Source: Ginglymostoma cirratum
Taxonomy: Eukaryota
Reading direction: 5' to 3'
Assembly (NCBI GenBank): GCA_024137785.1
Contig: JAHRHZ010000019.1
Location: 962,155-1,026,154 of the forward strand
Length of the DNA: 64,000 nt
This document shows positions 60,005-64,000 of the stretch, in pieces. The translations under genes were made by a program, and so were the position numbers. Position 1 is the first letter of the stretch. Each line of letters begins with the position of its first letter. The notes under the pieces are model-generated. The model saw nothing but the letters and a program-made list of their open reading frames with translations, made no database searches and was not told the origin of the DNA.

Positions 60005-60335
60005 GGCCATATGGTATTATCGCTGTTAATCCAGAGACCCAGATAATGTTCTGGGGACCCGGTTTTGATTCCTGCCCAGGCAGATGGTGGAATTTGAATT
60101 CAATAAATATCCGGAGTTAAGATCTAATGACGGCCCTGAATTGGTTATCGGAGGAAAAAACATCTGGTTCACTGATGTCTTAAATGGAAGGAAACTGCCA
60201 TTCTTATCCGGTCTGGCCTACGTGTAACTCCAGACCCACAACAATGGGTCTTAACTACCCTCTGGGCAATTAGGGATGAGCAATAAATGCTGCCAAGCCA
60301 GCAACACCCTCATCTTGTGAATGAATAAAGAAAAA
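60005..60335 (+). mobile_element. DeuSINE/SacSINE1-like SINE nested in a CR1 fragment
   Basis: Reverse complement of the 14160-14490 family. Confidence 0.6.
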
Positions 60336-60829
60336 AGTCCTCTTAATAACTAAGAAATTTTCTATCCCTGTCTTAAAAAGATAGAATTATGGAATCCCTG
60401 CAATTTGGAAGCAGGCCATTTGGCCCATCAAAACGGCAGTGCTATCCAATGAGCCATTGTGCCGCCCAAGTACACTCAGTAGCTTGACTTCCACAGCCCT
60501 TGGTGATAATGTGTTCAACAAATTCACTACCCTCTGACTGAAGACATTTCTCGTCATTTCAGTTCTAAAGGGTCATCCCTTCACCCTGAGGTTGTGCCCT
60601 CATGTTCTCATCTCTCCTACTCATGGAGACATCTTTTCTACATCTACTCTATCCAGGCCTGTCGGTCTCCTGTACGTTTGAATAAGATGCCTGCTTCATC
60701 CTTCAAAACTCCACTGAGCACAAACCCAAACTCCTTAACCACTCCTCATATGACAAGACCTTTTATAAACTTCTCTGGATACCCCTCCAACACCAGCACA
60801 TCCTTCCTTGGAATCTTTCCATTGAAATA

Positions 60830-61870
60830 AAGCACTAAAAAATTATTGAAAAACATCTTCATAAATTCAGACCCCTTGAGATTCTCAGAATTAAATTTCA
60901 AAGATGAAATTATATCCTTCAGCTTCAATCATGAACCTAATTAAAAATCTCATCACACAGAGTTGGTTTAATATGTGACTTCGAGAATGGAGATGTTGTA
61001 GTGGGAGTAGTGTAACAGATTGCGATTCAGGGAATTTAATTTCATTTTATGGAATCGCCTGGCAGGTTCAAGAATATTAGACAATGAGGATGGTTTCACA
61101 ACCAGTGGAAGTGAAATAGACTGTGGTGCGAGGCTGTGAGCTAGATTCCTGGTCAAAGAAATAGATGCAGAGGCAAAGGCGAAGGCAAAACATACTGAAA
61201 CTTTAAAGGAGAAACGTCTTGAATTGTTTCCTGACTGTGTTGAGCTGAGGTGTTAGTTTCATAGAGTTAGACCTACGGTAAAAAGGGTCTAGGAAACAGT
61301 GAGTTTGATTGGAATTTATGCTATGAGAATCAAATTGTCAAAAACGTAGCAATAAAGGATGAAATTAAAGAGAATGAGGCTGTTATGTTCAGAACAGATC
61401 CCTTAGCTGCAATACAACAAATCTGCTCTGAATCGAGAGAGTTTTAACAAACAGCCTCCTCAGAAATGGAGTTAGAGACAATCCCTGAGTGTTATTGTTT
61501 GAAAGACAAAGTATTAATGAGGAAATCAAGTCCAGTGCAAATACCAGGTGATGAGGAATAGATAGTGGTCCATCAGGTGGTCACTCCATCCAAGGATCAG
61601 AATGAAATTTTACAAATTGGCTCATGAAATTCCAATGGCAAATCATTTGTGAATGGAGAGCACACAATCTAAAATATTAAAACATTTTTATTGGTCAGGA
61701 TTATACAAAGATGTTAAATTTTACCAAAAAAGCTGCTCCATGCCAGGAGTTAGGGAATCCCCAACATTGAATTAAATCTTCACCTTTAATTCTGATCACA
61801 GCTTTTGAAGAACCATTTAGCAGGGTCTGAATAAATTGTGTAGAAATCTGAACTAACACCAGGAATGGCA
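60830..61870 (+). mobile_element. Gypsy (Gmr1-like) remnant with integrase Zn-binding and core start
   Basis: KDKVLMRK...HQVVTP...AHEIPMA.H...ILKHFYWSGLYKDV...ITAFEEPFSRV, across frameshifts. Confidence 0.7.
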
Positions 61871-62153
61871 ACCAATGGTTCACTGCAATGGTTCAAGAAG
61901 GCAGCTTACCACCACCTCCTCAACTGCAATTACGGATGGGCAATAAATGTTGGCCCAGTCAGTGATACCCACATCTCACAAAACAATTGAAAAACATTGC
62001 TGAACCTGAGCTCAGCTTAGTCCCCAGAGTGAATCCATCCCCGAAATCGCTCTCTATTACCTCCTAAATCTACTTGATCACAGACAGATCTCCAACTTGA
62101 TCATTGAGCTAGAGGTTATTGCTGGAGGAGATTGCCATGTTATCTCTATTTAC

Positions 62154-62497
62154 TGGTGACATTGAACAGGCTTCGGGTCCCATAGATTCTTCCCAGGACT
62201 GAGCAGTAATAGACCCCAGTGTCACTGGGCTGCTCGTTTGTTATGATCAGAATGAAGCCATTACTGGCGTGTTCTCTGGAAGATTGCAATCCCTCAGTGA
62301 ATCCTGGGCTCCATTACATGGAACCAGTTCATGGATGTGTTAAAATGTGCTCCATAATTTGCTGTATGGACAGCCAGTACCAGTGAACATCGATATATGT
62401 CACTGTGGTGTTCCTCATGCCGCACTGTAACTGGGCAGTGTGACCCTCGGTGACATGTTCCAGGCTTGGAACTGGAGAAGGACTGGAACAGTGATAT
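62154..62497 (-). pseudogene. Gene C VJ exon, V3 paralog
   Basis: Acceptor AG>AC, 1-nt deletion, two stops; ends DTGVYYCSVLGRIYGTRSLFNVT|gtaaat; flanks match those of V3. Confidence 0.92.
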
Positions 62498-63039
62498 GTT
62501 TAAAGGAAAGGATAACAATAAATTTATTCGCAAAGTAGCAGATTCTCTGTACTGCCTTATTGAAAGGATCTGACAGGATGGTAGGAGTTTCCAGTTAAAC
62601 AGAGAGAACATGTTGTTACACAAAATCATTGAGATGCATCTGTGACTGATTCAGATCAAACAAAATCCATCAACATAAACTGAAATAATTAAATAAACAG
62701 TGTGTTAAATCATATTTCTCAACTCTCTTCAGAATCTCATCAACATTTTGACATGCCAACATCTCCTGATTGAAGATCAAAACCTACATGTACTTCCATC
62801 TAGGACAAGTGCAGCAGAGACATAGGAACACCACCCACTGAAGATTCCAAGCCACTCACCATCCTGACTTGGGATTATATCGCCTATTCAGGGTAACTGG
62901 GTGAAAATGCTGGAATTCCTTTCCTAAGGCCAATGTGGGTCTACCTACAGCAAATCGACTACAGCAGTTCAACAAGGCAGCTCACTCCAGTACTGGCCAC
63001 AACAACAACAATAATAATAATGACGCTGGTGATGACAGT

Positions 63040-63600
63040 ATCAGTAGAACATTTAGAAATGTGTAATATGATCCAGAAGAGTCAGCATCACGTCATGGAG
63101 GATAAATAATGCCTGGCAAATTTGCTGTAATTCTTTGATGAGGTAAGAAGCAGAATAGATAAAGTGTCCAGTCAATGTATTTGGAATTGCAAAATGCTTT
63201 TGATGAGATCTCACACATTGGTCTACTTAATAAGATGAGAGTCCTTGGTGTTGGAGGTTGTATGAATAGAACATTGCCTAACTGAACAATGACAAAGGGA
63301 TGGGATAAAGGTGGTATTTTCAGGGTAGCAACCTGTAATTTATAAATTGCCACAGGGCTCAGTGCTGGGGCCGCAATTATTGACTATATATTAATGACTT
63401 GATGAGGAAAGTCAATCTACTGCAACAAAATTTGTGGATGGCACAAAAATAAATGGGAAAGCAAGTGAAAAATGACACAATGAGTCTGCATAGGGCTATA
63501 GACAGGGTCAGTGAGTGGGCAAGAAGTTGGCAGATGGAATACAATGCTGGTAAATATAAGGTAAAGCACTCTGGCAGGCAGAATATGATTTTTGTTCCCC
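63040..63600 (+). mobile_element. Decayed CR1 RT fragment, paralogous to 29510-29960
   Basis: Inverted homolog, with [10 protein letters not shown] and KFVDGTK motifs. Confidence 0.75.
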
Positions 63601-64000
63601 ATTCAGGATCTCAACATGGGTGGATAAGCCAGCATTTATTGCCCATGGGGCTGTTAAGAGTTGGTGTTGTTATTGTGGGTTTGGAGTCACATGTAGGGCA
63701 AACTAATAAGGGCACCAATGAATCAGTTGGGCTTCTCCATAACAACTGTTTCATGGTCACCATTAGACTCTTAATTCCAGATTTTTGAAGAATTAAAATA
63801 CCAACATTTTCCATGCAGGGATTTGAACATGGACTCTCAGAACATGACCTGGGTCTTTGGATTAATAATCTAGTGATGATGCCATTTGGTGATTGCCTCC
63901 CATGCGGAGAAAGACTGCTGACAGTCCAGCACAGAGGGACTGGGAGGGTTGAAGAATGTATATGAATCACTGTAAGCTAGCATCAAAAGGTCAGCAGAGA

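Overview
Repeat-rich vertebrate genomic DNA. The repeat content (CR1 LINEs with (TAGAACA)n-type tails, V-SINE/HE1-like and DeuSINE-like SINEs, Penelope-like elements) points to a cartilaginous fish, probably a shark. Among the repeats is a cluster of three paralogous, non-rearranging immunoglobulin-superfamily genes. Their exons each encode a complete, pre-joined antigen-receptor-like V+J domain. Gene B (+ strand, 19072 to about 43924) has an intact leader exon, five intact phase 1-1 VJ exons (V1-V5) and an uncharged transmembrane exon. It also has tentative small cytoplasmic exons with Tyr motifs, so it is a predicted 5-domain type I receptor of roughly 700 aa, probably inhibitory. Gene A (- strand, from 10470 running off the left edge) lies head-to-head with B; its leader is intact but its V exons are decayed. 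Gene C (- strand, entering from the right edge) is an inverted pseudogene copy of V3-V4-V5, cut just before its TM exon at a 312-bp inverted repeat. I found no credible RSS, separate D/J segments or C1 exons. The paralogs show exon-level mosaicism, probable gene conversion and a shared Gmr1-like Gypsy remnant. Several Penelope-like insertions carry minimal hammerhead-ribozyme motifs. Exon boundaries and identities were derived by hand, and family assignment needs a database search.
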